NCBI GenBank assembly: GCA_047967505.1
Contig: CM106538.1
DNA length: 64,000 nt
Origin: Dipteris shenzhenensis
Taxonomy: Eukaryota
Strand: one strand, 5' to 3'
The notes under the pieces: generated by a model
What the model was told of the DNA's origin: nothing
Seen by the model: the letters and a program-made list of their open reading frames with translations, nothing else
Database searches by the model: none
Shown here: one piece after another, positions 25,301-40,000 of the stretch
Position numbering within the stretch: the first letter of the stretch is position 1
How the letters are laid out: every line of letters begins with the position of its first letter
Made by a program: the position numbers and the translations under genes

Positions 25301-27380
25301 AGGCTAAGTTAGCATTTTGTTTGGATAAAAGCCTTGCTAGAGGAATTTTGAGTCAAGGCATGATCTAGCTATCCTTGAGTGTGTAAATGAGGCCTGATGT
25401 CATCATATGAAAATTTTGGGCATTTTTCTATATCAACATCTTGAAGTTAACATCCTAGAGCTAAGTTAGTACCTTGGAGCTAAGTCAGCCTCTTGGAGTT
25501 AAGTGAAAAATTGGCTATGTTAGTGCATCTAAGTTAGTTCTTGCTAAGTTAGTGCTTGATATGTTAGTTCCTTGCTATGTTGGCACCTACTAATTCAATG
25601 ACTGCTATGTCAGCACCTACTATGTCAATGCCCTATTAAGTCAGCATCCTAGAATGAGCTAGCTTGCCAGTTGACCCAACATTAGTTGTCCAACTGGCAA
25701 TAAGTGAAATTGTCAAAGGTAGGTGGGTACTAGGCTAAATCAATGGCACTGACTTATATGTGAGTGTCCCAATTGCTATGTCAGCACGTTGGCTTAGTAC
25801 TAAGTCACTGCTTGGCTGCTAAGCTATCATTCCAAAATGTACGTTTTCATCGACTAATTTTTAGAGATTTCAAGCTCACATTTGTTCAAGGTATTTTTGT
25901 TCCCTAAGGGTTCTATACCTCCTACTCTACCTACTAAAAACAATAAACAATACAAAATAACAACTTTTGTACTTTTGAAGGGGATTTCCTACTTTTTGAA
26001 AAAACTGCCTACTCTACTAATTTTGCAAATCATCAAAAAACTCAATTCTAAGTAGCTTTTCTAGCTATATATCACTTTAGCAATTATGTTGCCTTCCTCT
26101 TCTTTCAATTTCAACTTGGAATAACACTTAAAACACTGAGAAATCCAAGAAAAGTCCCACCAACTTCCTACAACTCCAAGACTAGCCACCTTTTATTACT
26201 TTGCTTGGTAGTGGGCAATGTGAAAGTAAAGCGTACCTCTAATCCTTGGCAATCATCCATGGATGCCACCTTCATAGCTCCCAAATTGCATCTCTTGAGT
26301 TGCTCCACAAGAAAATAATACCAGGAAGAGAGAGGAAAGGGGAGAGCTTGAGAGTCTTGAATGGGGAAGGGAGCGTAGGGCATAGAAGAAACAAGGAGGG
26401 AGTAGATAGGAAGACATCAAAGCTTGGAAGCAAGAGAGCTTGTATTATCCACAATGCATAATGGGCTCCAAAGCCAAAATTTTGATTTTTATACATGACC
26501 CTTGTCCAAACCATAATTTGACATAATCCTCCACTAGCCTCTATTCTCACTTCTTTAGGCAAATGTATTCTCTGGTAGTCGTAGTGGAGGGAACAAGTTA
26601 CATGGCTCATCTAACCAATGATATTACATTTATTCTCCTACAAATCATAAGGTATTACAAGTATTTCCTATTTGCTAAAGACATACTATTAACCAAATCG
26701 GTTAACATGGGTGCAGAAAGACATAGCCTTCAAAGGGCAAGAGGCCCACTATGGACTTCTTGGTGGGAAAATAAACTCAATTTTATAGATGCTTGGTAGA
26801 TGTGGTGAATGATATTCATTTAAGCCCAAAGGATATAAAGAGAGCCATCCTCAGATACAAGTATTACACATACGTTGAAATTTATGATGAACAAATCTTC
26901 TAGATTTATTCATTACATATGAGTTTGGTAACCTATCATTTGAGTCACTTGAACACAAGGTAGGTAAGAAGATGTATACCACAAGGGTAATGTCCATTAT
27001 TTGGTGGATGGCATTGAAAGATCATAAAGGTGGTCTACTAGAAGTTATTAAGTAATGAATGCTTCTTTGGAAGGAAGAACAAACAAGGGAGCCTCTAAGT
27101 ACCAAGTAATGAAAGCTAAAGTAGCATACAATGCATTAATGTTTTTACTACATTCAAATGAAGAAATGGTGGACCAAAAATGTAAAGTGAACAAGAAAGA
27201 AGCATGTAGTCTAGGAAAAATGGTTGAGAAGTGTTGGGCCATCAAGTGTATGAAATCTTTAGACAGTGATGTGGCACCAACAAAGTATTTATGAGTGAAG
27301 ATTCTTGTCTACATGGAGTTCATGTATGCAGAGGTAAATTGAAATGCCCTCAAAAGTACAATAGGTTTCCATGCCTAAAC

Positions 27381-29652
27381 TGTTGGGAGTTCATCCTCAT
27401 GAGAGACTTGTTAGTGAATAAGGTTTAGAGAAGGTCATTGTACTCGAGCATTGATTGGTCATTGTGATCAATCAAGGGCTTTTGATTGGACCATCATCAA
27501 ACTCACGTGTAGCCAATGCATAGTAAGATGTGGAAGATCCTAGTGGCAGTTTGCATAGTTTGCATGGCTCTTGGCAATGAACGAGGTGACAATAGACTCT
27601 TTTGGCTCCTATATTTCAAGAACATGACCTCTGAGGTCCTTTTACCGACCTGGTCAGGTCCGGGTGCGTGTGTGTTTCACGAGAGTTGGTGTAGGGATGA
27701 TTCAAGAGTTGTAGTTATCGCCATGTTCTTGTGAGCTGGATCCAACAAGGTCGATCAACCTGAGAAGATTTTCATGGCAGTTTTGATAGGTTGAGTTGTT
27801 TTTCAAAGTGTCTTCACATTGATCGCGCATTAGATAGATTCAATAGAAGGCTTTCATGTGTTAGTTATTGTGCAAAATCTCTTGTCGTGTCATGTGAAGC
27901 TAAGCATCATTTTATGCAGTCCAATTATCTTTTTACTTTATGAGAAACGAGTTGTTTATGTGAGAATTTCCTTCAGTGGTATCAGAGCGAAGAACAAGTC
28001 TTGGGAGGTTCTATAAATGTCGAAGTATTCGAGTTTGAAGGTGATCACTACTCCAAAAAATGTAAGGAAGCCAAGGTCAAAGAGAATCCCGAAATCATCA
28101 TTAGGAGAAGTGTGCTTTTGTGTTCGACTGAATCCTTTGCATCTCTGAGATGGATACAATGCATAGAGAGAAGTCTGGACATGGGGTAGCTCTGATTACC
28201 TTTAGTGGCAAAAATTTCCTATCGTGGCAGTTAGCCACCCGCTTATTGTTCATGTAAAAAGGAGCTCTGGAGAGTTGTTGCTAGAACACAGAAAAAGCCA
28301 AAAGGAAATGCTTCAGAAGCAGAGAAAAGTTCATGGGAAGGCGGTTGGTTACATGGGACATGCTCTGGGTCCTGAATTTTTTCATCATCTTGATGTGAAG
28401 GCGTCAGTATCAAAAAATTGGCAAATGTTGGAGACTCTTTTTGGGGTTTGCGTGAAGCACTCAAAGGTGAATTTGAAACAGGACCTCTTTGATTTGAAGA
28501 TGCTCGAGGGAGAGAATTCGGGTATGTTCCTTAATAGGATGCAAAGCTTGCTTAGACAACTAAATGATGTATCGGAAAATTGGCAAATGTTGGAGACTCT
28601 TTTTGGGGTTTGCGTGAAGCACTCAAAGGTGAATTTGAAATAGCACCTCTTTGATTTGAAGATGCTCGAGGGAGAGAATTTGGGTATGTTCCTGAATAGG
28701 ATGCAAAGCTTGCTTAGACAACTAAATGATCTTGGAGCTAAGGTTGAGGATGAAGACAAAAAGGCAAAACAACGAGATGAAAACCTGAAGCAAGAGAAAG
28801 GCAAAGCATTTACAGTTGATGGCAAGGAGGACAAGCAAGACACAACCATGCTAGTTGAAGCAGATCAATTGAGTGATCAAGAGTGGGCATTTTAATTCCA
28901 AGAGGGCAGTATCGACTGTCAGGCTCTTTGTGAGCAACTGTCGGTTCTTTGTGAACATGTTATAGTTGCTTTAGATCTTTGTGAATCCAAGGTGAGTTGC
29001 TCTTTGTGAGCATAAGCATTTTTTTGTCCCTCATTTTGGCTAAGGCAGGGTTTGGAGTTCATCCTCATGAGAGACTTGTTACTGACTAAGGTTTAGAAAA
29101 GGTCATTGTACTCAGCATTGATTGGTTGTTGTGATCAATCAAGGGCTTTTGATTGGACCATCATCAAACTCACGTGTAGCCAATTCATAGTAATACACGT
29201 GGTTGGCAATAGCTTGCATGCAAGACGTGGAAGATCCTAGTGGCGGTTCACATTGCTCTTGGCACAATGAATGAGGTGGCAATCGACTCTTCTAGCTCCT
29301 ATATTTCTACAAGAACACGACCTCTGACTCTCCTTTTACCAACCTGAGCAGGTCCGGGTGCGTGTGTGTTTCATGAGAGTCAATGTAGAGCTTTTACATA
29401 TAGCCATGTTCTTGTGAGCTCCAACAAGGTCGATCAACTTGAGGAGACTTTCATGGTAGTCTTGATAGGTGGAGTTGTCTTTGCAAAGTTTCTTCTCTGA
29501 TGCGCATTAGATTGATTCAATAGAAGGATTTCATGTGTTAGTTATTGTGCAAAATCTCTTGCCATTTCATGTGAAGCTAAGCGTCAATTTATGCAGTCCA
29601 ATTATCTTTCTACTTTATGAGAAACGAGTTGTTTATGTGAGAATTTCCTTTA
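27381..29652 (+). mobile_element. Non-autonomous gag-only copia-type LTR element
   Basis: LTRs 27381-27975 and ~29051-29652; tRNA-Met PBS TGGTATCAGAGC 27977-27988; purine tract ~29038-29050; perfect TSD TAAAC (27376-27380 and 29653-29657); gag remnant 28224-28895 with an in-frame 162-bp tandem duplication; no pol. Confidence 0.9.
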
Positions 29653-29675
29653 TAAACCTAATGTTAATCAAAATT

Positions 29676-30692
29676 AAAGCTGTGACTGTCCACAATCCTT
29701 CAAGACCACCCTCATTGTCTACATGGTGGAACCATATATTTTAAAATTTACTCTCGAAATTATGCATCTATTTGACAAGTAAGAAACAATTAAAAGCCCT
29801 TAACACAGATTATAGTTAAGGATGCAAAATTTTCATAGTTTTTCTTTGACATCCTCATTTGTGAATTTAAGACAGGAGCTTCATGTGCATTGCCAAAGCA
29901 TCTTTATGACATGTCCCAAGATAATTGAATTTTATTTAATAAAAAACGCCCATTCTTTGAGCTCACAACGACAATGGTGGTTTCTTTTCAAGGGATCTCA
30001 AATTAAGTACCCATTATGTATAGATCAGCTTTTATCTCAACCCTAAAAACTACCTAAGAAGAATCTTACTTAAGTAGTTTTCCCACTACCATTGTCAATT
30101 TGAACTCTCATTTTATATATTCTAATTAGTTTCCCAGGGGTCCATGAAGTACCTATGTGAAGTGATTCAAGCGCCCCATTGCTCCAATACTCCCTCTTTG
30201 TACCTAAAGCTGTGACTATCCACAATGCTTCGAGACCACCCTCGTTGTCTACATGGTGGAACCATATATTTTAAAATTACTCTCATAATTATGTATCTAT
30301 TTGGCAAGCAAGAAACTGTTAAAAATCCTTACCACATTTTATAGTTGCATGAATTTAAGGAAGGAGCTTCATATGCATTGCCAAAGCATCTTTATGACAT
30401 GTTAGCCCAAGATAAGTCATTCAAAAATTTATTTATTTTTACATTATGACACCCATGCTTTGAGCTCACGATGACAACGGTCGTTTCTCTTCCAAGGATT
30501 TCAAATAAGTACCCATATTGTATAGGTTGGATTTTACCTCAACCCTAAAAGATATCTAAGAAGAATCCTACTTAAAGTAGTGTTCCCACTACCATTGTTA
30601 ATTTCAACACTTATTTTATATATTTTAACTAGTTTCCCTTCATCACAAAGGGTCCTTCAAGTACCTATCTGAAGTGAGTCAAGCATCCCATT
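29676..30692. repeat. Diverged tandem duplication, unit about 530 bp
   Basis: AAAGCTGTGACT(G/A)TCCACAAT...ATGGTGGAACCATATATTTTAAAATT recurs at 29676 and ~30206 and stays colinear. Confidence 0.9.
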
Positions 30693-31455
30693 GGCCCAAT
30701 TGCTTCGATGTTCCCTCCTTATATCCCATTTCTCCCAAAACCCTTCTTATACCGTATTGCTCCCACCTAGGTCTCTTGCAACTCATTCTTGCTCCTCACC
30801 ACATTATTGTACCCCTCCCAACATCCCACTCATCATCCCCTATTCACCACTTCAACATTTCTCACCTATGCTTAACTAGTCCTTTAACTTGTTGTGACAA
30901 TAGGCCTCTCTATGCAATGAGAAGAATACCACTCATGAAGTGGCTATGCTATCAAGATAATTTTGCCACTTTTAGTTTGAATTCAAAATATTAAGAAAGG
31001 ATTAGATGAGCATAGCTTGTGAACTAACCAACCTTGCTTTGAAAATGAATGCTTGAAGAGAAAATCTCAAGCCATGTGTGTTCATGTAGCTCATGTAATT
31101 TGCAATTGTACTTTAACAAGAAACTTCATTTCCATTGTTATTTGTGATCCTAAAGTGTGTAAATCATGAAGTCATTAAACTTTAAATGTAGCAGCTTAAT
31201 ACCTTTATGAGCACTACCTCCTTAGCGTGAGTGCTATAGTAGAGAAGTGGAATCCCCTTTGTGAATTTCAAATGTTTTTAAAAAGTTAATTGAGTTAGGC
31301 TACTTTTTATGGAGATTATTCTACAAAGCGTTTACTCTTCAAGGTAAACCTATCCTAATGCACTAAAAATATCATATCTTCTTCTTACCGCTAACCACTA
31401 TGTTAGGACATAGTGCACTTGTGCACTCATGTATGGAGTAGATTGATAGTTGATG

Positions 31456-31480
31456 GAGAGAGAGAGAGAGAGAGAGAGAG
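31456..31480. repeat. (GA)n microsatellite
   Basis: Direct sequence. Confidence 0.95.
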
Positions 31481-32462
31481 CAAGAATAGAAAGAGTGAAT
31501 GGAGGGGATGAGTGTCCAAAATTGATTGGCAGGATGGGAGGGGTGTTGAAAAGTGATTGGGAGGATACTTTTTTGGAAAAGTGCTGTAGAGCATTGCCTT
31601 TTAGGCAGCGCTCATAAAATAAAAAATAAAAAATATATCACTTACTATATCGTAGCCAGCACTACTTTGTTGTGATGAGGTTATCTTCAGTGCCGACTTC
31701 AGGTCAGCTGAAATTTTTGAAATTCCTTTCAAACTTGAAAAGGCCCGATAATTGTTTGACCAATTTTGTGACAGCACACATTTGCAAAGCTCCTTGTGTT
31801 AGCCACAATGATGTGTCAAGAATGGAAGCCCAATAAATATTGGATCTGGATTGTTTTTTTAATTGTACGCAGAGAGTGCAGTATGTCCAGGCTTCCAACC
31901 ATCAAATTCCCCCAAATTTTCATAAGAAAGGTACATGGCTATAATAGGAGAGTTGTGACATATACATAACATAAGCTGTACAGTTACATCATGAGGCACA
32001 TAATATGTTCTAAAAAACAGTTCTATTGTATACGTCAAGTTTTGAAGATTTATATTAATCACTTTCAGAATAAAATAAAGAGGGGCAGAAATACTTGCCA
32101 CCTAGCTGAAGCTACATGATCTGGGCTCTTCTGTGCTTCTATGGTAAATTTCTCTCGTTGCACTCTGGCATATGCCTTTCTATCTACTACATTTCCCAGA
32201 CTTGAACAAATTATCATTTTGGTTGTACTGCAAGTCTACAAACACTGCCCTTGTGGGAAAATGCCCAAAAGCCTGAAAGAGCAATGTTTTGGCCAACAGA
32301 TATGTTACTGGTGGACAGTGGATCTACCCTTGCTTCCAAAGCTGTTCCTAATGACATTATGTACCACAATGCAACTAGATATTAGACCCTAAGCGACAGA
32401 ATCTAACTTTACTCCCAACACTGTTAGTGCCATTGTGTACAATCCTAAAAAGATGCAAAGTG

Positions 32463-33531
32463 TGTTGGAAAGTTCACCTCCCCATCTGTAAGCCCCCACA
32501 TGAGGAGAGCATGGAGGGCAGACCTAGGGCAAGATATGCCCACAGAAGAAAGAGAGAGGGGGCTGCCACATGGGCAGCACCTCACAGAAAACCAGAGCTT
32601 CAGAGGCTGCATCAAAAGGAGCTACTGTGCAGGAGAGGTGGCAGGGCATCTACCCTTGGATCTGGCCTGGCAGGAGTTGACTGAAGAGCAGCAAGAGGCG
32701 CAACAAATGGCAGGGGAATCCTTGAAGGGTTCAACCATTGGACAGGCCTCATTATTAGGGCTGGTTGGAGCCAGCCAACCAGGGCACGTCATGGGCAGAC
32801 TCAAAGGGCTGGGCCACTGCATACAAGAAGGGCTGCAAATGGGCAGTGCCCCTTAAAAATAGGGCTGGGCTGGCCAACCAGGTCGGCCAGCACACAGCCC
32901 CAAAAGGGGTGCCCACAGCCAATAAATAGGGCTATGTGGGGTCGGTTGGAGGGCAGGCTAAGTCGGCTAGCAAGGCAGCAAAGTCGGCCAGTTTTGGGGC
33001 ATATTGGCCTATAAAGGGAGGCCCTTGGCCTCACTTTATCATCCAGCAGTGCAGCCTTCCAGGAGCAGTAAGGAGCAGCAGCAGACCTACAGTTGGGTCT
33101 ATTTCAGGGAGGTCAAGGAGGATCAGGAGTGTGCAGAGTTAGCTCTACATCGGCTGAGACCTAGGCTGTCTACCAGTGCAGTAAGGTACTGAGATCTGGA
33201 CAGAGAGTCTACATATGCTCAAGGTGGAGCACACGGGCTCAGAGATCTAGAGGCATCTGGCAGATAGTAGAAGAATCTTTTGGTAAGATCAGAGGACCAC
33301 ATCCTGGCGGGACTCTAGATCTATCTTTTGTATTGTGTCCGTAGCTTTGGACGGAAATATATTCTTTTTGGTGGATTCTATATCTAGCTTGGTTCACTGT
33401 CTATTTGCTAGTCTGCACAACACATCTATGTGAAGCACATTAAGTAAAGAAGTTTGTGATTCCACCCACACCACACACTGTGTGAGCTCAGTCTTCCACT
33501 GTGTGTACCCTCTGTTGGTCGATTTCTAACA
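32463..33531 (+). mobile_element. Solo LTR, family X (copia-type)
   Basis: TGTTGGAAAGTTCACCTCCCCATCTGTAAG...TTTCTAACA; flanks AAGTG and AACTG (one mismatch); same family as 41541 and 46889. Confidence 0.88.
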
Positions 33532-33784
33532 AACTGGATATTAGCTACAATGAGGACTAACTCAATTGACCCAAATCAACCCACTGCATTTCTTTGCAGA
33601 CTAAAATGAGGACTAACTCAATTGACCCAAATTAGCCCACTGCATTTCTTTGCAGACTAAATTTCCATATTGCACATGTGCAAAACCAATTTGCTTAGAC
33701 AGCTTTATTCTCTCATTCAAGACCTGCCACAGGACTCAAGAGTAGAGATCTCTTCCCATGGATTAAAATGGGTATTTCCCTGAT

Positions 33785-34060
33785 TCAGAGGTCAAGTATT
33801 AATCTCTTTGCCTCTTCCTTTGTGGCTTGGACAGTGTGCCAGTTAAGAATTGGGGACAGCAAAGCAAGTGCTAGGGCAGAATGCCCGGACCTCACAAGTT
33901 TCTGAAGCAGTGGCTCCATGGTCTTTTCATTGATAAGGCCACCTGCAGTGAGAAAAAACCATAGGCCTTCGTGCAAAGGAGTCATCTGTATCATTAGCCG
34001 CACACGTAACGTTGGGTGCTTCAGGTAAAATTGCACGCCGTTCCGCCCTCTTTCTCTCTC
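33785..34060 (-). CDS. GT2 exon 4 (ERERGRNGVQFYLKHP...LILDL*)
   Basis: CAG acceptor at 34063-34061; stop ends at 33785. Confidence 0.92.
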   Translation of the reverse strand, partial: ERERGRNGVQFYLKHPTLRVRLMIQMTPLHEGLWFFLTAGGLINEKTMEPLLQKLVRSGHSALALALLSPILNWHTVQATKEEAKRLILDL

Positions 34061-37000
34061 CTGTTCGTGTTATAAAAGCATAAAGCAAACCAGAAAAGAG
34101 GCAACTGCGTCAACCACATAATTGATGACAGATTTTGCAACTACCCAAAAATGACTGAAAAATCACTTTACCTTTGTGATAAGCATCGAAACTTGGTCAT
34201 ATGTAAAAGCTGGATGCCAGTGATATCCAACTGCAGCTGGTGCATGTTTGATCCTTGCACCTTGCTGCCTCAATCGCACTGCCATATAGGACAGAGATAT
34301 AAGATGAGCTCATGAGAATGAAAATATAACGAAGCATAAATGCAGACACATCAGACAAATAAATCCAACATACAAAGAATTTCTGAGTACAATGAGGAAA
34401 GCATCTTAATGTGAAAAAAGCAAAGGACAGAGCAAGTACCCAGTGCATTTCACTTTAAAATAGAATACGTATAAAAATGTAGGCAATAGGATTGTCGAGA
34501 CCTGATGCATTTACATATAAGCCGAAATGTTATGGAATTCAAATGTTATAAAAATGACCATAAAAGACTAAGAAGTGAGTTGCTATGCAACTGCTACATG
34601 AGTACTACTACAGCTACAGAGTAATGATACCGAACAGTGCATCCATACTAGATAGCAGACTACTGTCTAGGAGCATAGTTCCAGATCTGATTTGATGCAG
34701 AAGCTAGAGTGTATGGGCTTTCAGGGCAGAATACAAAGTATCCGGGCTCATGTGTAATAAAAAGGGAGAAATCTGAGATGCAGATCAGAGACGGTGTCAT
34801 ACGTAGTCAACCACTACATCTTTTGCCTTTTCCTTCCTCACAGGGACAGCCTCTGTCTTTAAACTATGGGTGCAGGGTCCGTCCCACCTCGAACTGTAAA
34901 AGAAATGCCCATATGGCATGATGGGGGTATAAATGTTTCCGGAGACCCTGTAAGAAAAAGGAATCTGCTATTACTAACATAATCTCATGAGACATTGCAA
35001 ACTTTGACTCTGTGTGGGAGTAGCAAACTACGATAATCACATGGCCCCCATGCATGCAAAAGCTACTGACTTGACAGAAAGGATTTGTACATAGAGACAT
35101 TGCATACTTTGACTCGGTGTGGGAGTAACAAACTATGATGATCACATGGCGAGAAAGATGGCCTTTCTTTGAACCTCACACCGAGGTAGTTTGCGATGTG
35201 CGTGTTCATCCTCCTCTGCCAAAGTGAGCAGCAGTTCTGTCTTTGGCATTTTCAACCCTGGATCTTTCAACGAATGCATTATCAATCTTACTTCAATCGA
35301 CAAACTATATCCAAACATCAGATTCTCATGTCTATTTGCAAGGGTAATAACATTCCCTTTCCCAATGCATTCAGACAAGTTCTTTGGCAGAGTATATGAA
35401 ACCTTTTTTTTTCAATGAACAGACTTCTATAAAACCCAACAGCAAAGCTCTTGGCAGAAATAGATCATGCAAGGCATGAGAAACAAAACAACCCAAGTGG
35501 GTAAAAAGCATGCTCCTCACGGCGAGGTAGATGGCAAAAGCCACCCGGAAAGACCCCTCCATGCGCACCCACAACTGGCCATCAAATTGTGTATAGTATC
35601 TATCCAAACACTAGCTAGTTTGTAAAGGGTGGGTCTGGGAGCCATCTAAAGCCTCTATGCACTTGGGTCCCCACATATGCCACATTGAAAAGCTTTCCAG
35701 AATCTCCCAAAAAGTATACACCGCAATATGTGCAAGTTTGTAAGGAGAGCGGGGATTATCATCCAGAGAACATGACTCGGCTAAATGTCAGCGAGCCGAA
35801 AGAGCCCAAGAAGAGTCATGCCTCTTGTAAAAGACATGACGTCCCATAAAAGAGCTAAGCCACCAAACCCCTAGTCATAATAAAGGAGAGGGAATAAAAA
35901 TGCTCAAAAGACTAGCAATCCCCTTCTAGATGAACCTCTCTCTCTGCACTCCAATAGACAATGCTGAATAGACTCCTCAGCAAAATGGCAAAGAGCACAA
36001 GTAGAGGCTGTGTCACGATCTGTGACGTATTCCTTTCTCTATACCTTAGACTTATGGATGGTTTGATGAATGGACACTTATGGAAGGGTATGTCCTTTCG
36101 ACGGGACACTTCCTATAAGGCACAACCCTTCACAAGAGACATTCTATTAAAGAGACACTTCTATTGTAATGTACCCTCTCATCAAGGGTCACACCCTTCA
36201 CAAGGGGTACACACCTCTTCATGCACATACACTTTGGAGTACACACCTTTTCATGTGTGACTCTTCACTCTCTATATAAGAGAGGCCCAACTGTATGGAT
36301 GACACTACAGCTACACTACAGACACTCAAGCAATACAATTATTCCTTGTTCTCTGCTATTTCAGTCTCCTTTCTGTTCCTTAGCACATTTCTAAATATAG
36401 TAAATCTAGGATTTCTTACAGTGGTATCAGAGCAAATTTCGCTCCTTCCTGTAGGAAATGCCCCCCACCTTCTAGCGCCTATCTGATACATCTTTTTCCG
36501 CTAGAAGGATATCCATGCACATTGTGCATGGAAGAGATGGAGAGAATGAGCGTAAAAATTTTTAGCGCCAACCCTGCCTAAAGTCATCATTGGCCTCTCC
36601 ATCTCCCACACATCACGAGTTGATGTGAATGGACACGACAAAAATCGTGTCTTTTCATGTGCTTGGGCTGTCCCAAAACCAAGGGACGCACCTTTTCCAC
36701 CATCGGACACACCTTTTGATAAAGAGTTTTGACTCCTCACCCAAGGGACACACCCCATCGTGGAAAAAAGGACACACCGCTTCATGTGGGGACACCCCTT
36801 TTGAAAACAGGGTCACACCCCTTCATGAAAAGGTACACCTATTCCAAGGGTCACACCCCTTAGAATAGGCACACCTTTTGGCACCAAGCACGTCATAAAA
36901 GGGTACCTAGAGGGGCTAAAAAGGAAAACCCAGCCCCATACCTTAGGCCTAACCCTAGACTACCCAAGGGTTAATTAAACCCACGTTTTAATTTTTGGCA

Positions 37001-40000
37001 ACCACCCAACCTAGGCAGCCACACAAAAAAAATGACGATTCACGTTTGACGCCCGTACGGAATTTCATCACGCAGGATTCGCCTCCCTTCCACGCCATAC
37101 GCAGCTCTCCATCAGCTGATTTGCTGCCCTGGGTTCGTGCCAGTCTTTCAGCGCCAGATCCCTGCCCATGCTGCCGCGAATCAGCCCTGGAAGCACGCAG
37201 CAAGCATCGCCAGATGCAAGCAGTCTCTGCCAGCGAATTAAATCAGCCTGGTCCCTGCTGCGCATAGCCTGTGAACAGCGACTTTTGGCAGCCCTCCTTT
37301 TCAGTCTAGCCAGGCTCGGTCCTCATCTAGTACCCTACAGGTTTCAGCGCAGTCCATCTTCGCCAGGCTACGAACTTCCACACAGGAAAAGTGCGCCAGA
37401 TCTCATGCGATCTGCAAAACGCCTCTGCCAACGTCCCTTCTGCCTCGAAAGTCTCGCCAGGAACTTTTTGCTTGTTCACACATCTACGTGGACTTGAAAA
37501 TACAGCAGTATGGACCTCCGGACAGCGATTTGCAGGCCTTTTCTACGCAACTAATTGGCAGATCTAATCTATGCCAGGTGGATTCTTTCCATTTTATTTC
37601 TAAGGATTCTCTTTCGTATTGTTATTTGACGCTGATTATCAAATTACAGCAAATGAAAGCCGCTTCCTTAAAGCATGGAAACCCCTGGTAATTCCCCAAT
37701 CCTTTCAAGGACACCTCAGGCATCATCAACCACACAATATCGTGTTCAGATTGCACAACCAGCCCATTTCGGAGCTTTTGCATCGTGGGTCTTCTGTGTC
37801 ACGTGCCCTTCCAGTGACTTGGACCACATCCTATACCTTCTGCGTGAGGCACCTCAGTTACATTACTTCCTCAGCACAGTCCAGGTTGTGTTCCACGAGA
37901 TACGTAGATACCCAGAACCCGATATTCCTCACGAGTTTGCTGTCCATCTTTGGAGAGATTTTTACCCCTCATCTTCAACATCTCCAGGGTACTCTCCACC
38001 TCCTTCAGCTCCTAGATATCCTCCTATACATGTTGTACCTCTCCCAAGACAGTATTTACACTCTGAAGGCATTCCTTCTCTTGGATATCCTCCACTTCCG
38101 ATAGCAGCTCCTTATCCCTTCTCAGATCCATGGACTCTGCAACCTACCCCTGTACTCTCACGAGCAGTAGGACCCATTTCGGCATCACCAGTGTTACCTC
38201 AGACAGGACCTCCTTTACCAGATTTCCACGGCTCGTTCCATCCTGCTTCTCCTACCCCCTCCAACATGAGCAACCTCAGGGAGCAGCCCGAATCTTCTTC
38301 CAGGAATGGTACAAACTAGAGCGTAGGTTCGTGCTTTTCTCACAGGGACCTCAGATATGTCGCAACACTCGCGTGCAACCTCTCCGGAGATAAGTGACTC
38401 AAGTCCAAAGAAGACCCCTAAAGTCAACTTACAAGGCGAAGCACTACTTCAACTTCAAATTTCCCAGCTTCAGGGCAGCATCTCCGACTTGGTCCAGAAA
38501 GTCCAACAACTCCAAGATTCTCGCAGTACCACACATACAGAGGATGACGTGACACAACCAGACGACTATGTGGACTCATTCCCACCACAGGTAGAAAACA
38601 CTGAACTCCGTGCCCTCTACCATTTACTCCAAGCTTCCAAAACTAAAAGACTTGACATTAAACTTCCGGAAGCCTACACTGGTCAACGAAATCGCTGGAC
38701 AATTGACCAATGGCTTGCAAAACTGCGCATGTACTTTGATACTGTTGACCTCACTGAAGGCAAAAAGATTGCCTTGGCAGCCTCCCTCCTTAAGGATACA
38801 GCTTTCCTATGGTGGCAACGACGCTTAAAGGACGGCAAAAGTGTGTTAACTTGGGAACGTTTTGAACACGTGCTCCGTAAGCAGTTCATACCTGCCAATG
38901 CAGACTTCCAAGCACGTTCAAAACTCTGACAGTTGGAGCAAACAGGCTCCCTGTCTTCCTACATCTCTCAGTTCACCACATTGGTGCTGGAGATTGATGG
39001 GTTAACTAATGATGATCGCCTTCATGCTTTCATCTCAGGCCTAAATCCCTCGTTACGCATTGATGTCCTTAAAGCAAACATCACCACCACAGCTGTTATT
39101 GCTTTTGACAGCCATAAACATTCCGATATCCAAACCCGATACCCAGTTTATGATAAGGAGTTTCTTGCCGTTGTGCATGCTTATCGCTCTTGGAAACATT
39201 ATCTCATGGGAGTTGACTCGCTGGTCAAGACAGACCATCACTCTCTAAAGTATATCTTTACTCAGCCAGTCATGAACGCTCGACAAGCACGCTGGGTTGA
39301 GTTTCTGGCCAACTTTCACATGACCATTGAGTACATTCTAGGAGTATGCAATGTAGTTGCAGATGCTCTCAGCAGGTTAACTCTAGCATCAGCTATGGTA
39401 ATCGCTACACTATCTGTGGATGTTCCGAATTCATTCAAAGGAAAGTATTTCAATGATAAAGACTTCGGCACAACAGTACAAGTTCTTTCCAAAGATCAAC
39501 CTTCGACTTCCGAACAGAAGATTTTCTCATCCTATTCTTATACAGACGACCTTTTGTATTATCAAGATCGTGTCTGTGTACCACATGACAAGGATGTTCA
39601 TCGTCTTTTGTTAAAAGAGCATCATGTAGTTTCTTATGCTGCCCATCCAAGCATCAACAAGACTTATAGGTTACTCAGTGCAACATACTACTGGCCTCAG
39701 ATGAAAAGCGACGTCATCAAAATGGTTACATCTTGCTTATCTTGTCAACAAATGAAAGCAAGCCGACGACTTCCAGCAGGACTTCTTCAGCCTCTTCCAG
39801 TTCCAACTGAAAGGTGGGAAAGTATTTCCATGGATTTCATTACAACACTACCACGATCCTCCAGAGGTAACACTCAGATTATGGTAATTGTTGATCGATT
39901 GTCCAAAATGGCACACTTTGTTGCTTGCAAAAGCAGTGCACAGGCTTCGTACATCGCCAAACTCTTCATACAACACATCTTCCGACACCATGGATTGCCC

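Noticed and set aside
31620-32460. Additional host exons downstream of the GT2 stop
   Set aside because: No recognisable coding frame; possibly 3' UTR, but unsupported without transcripts.
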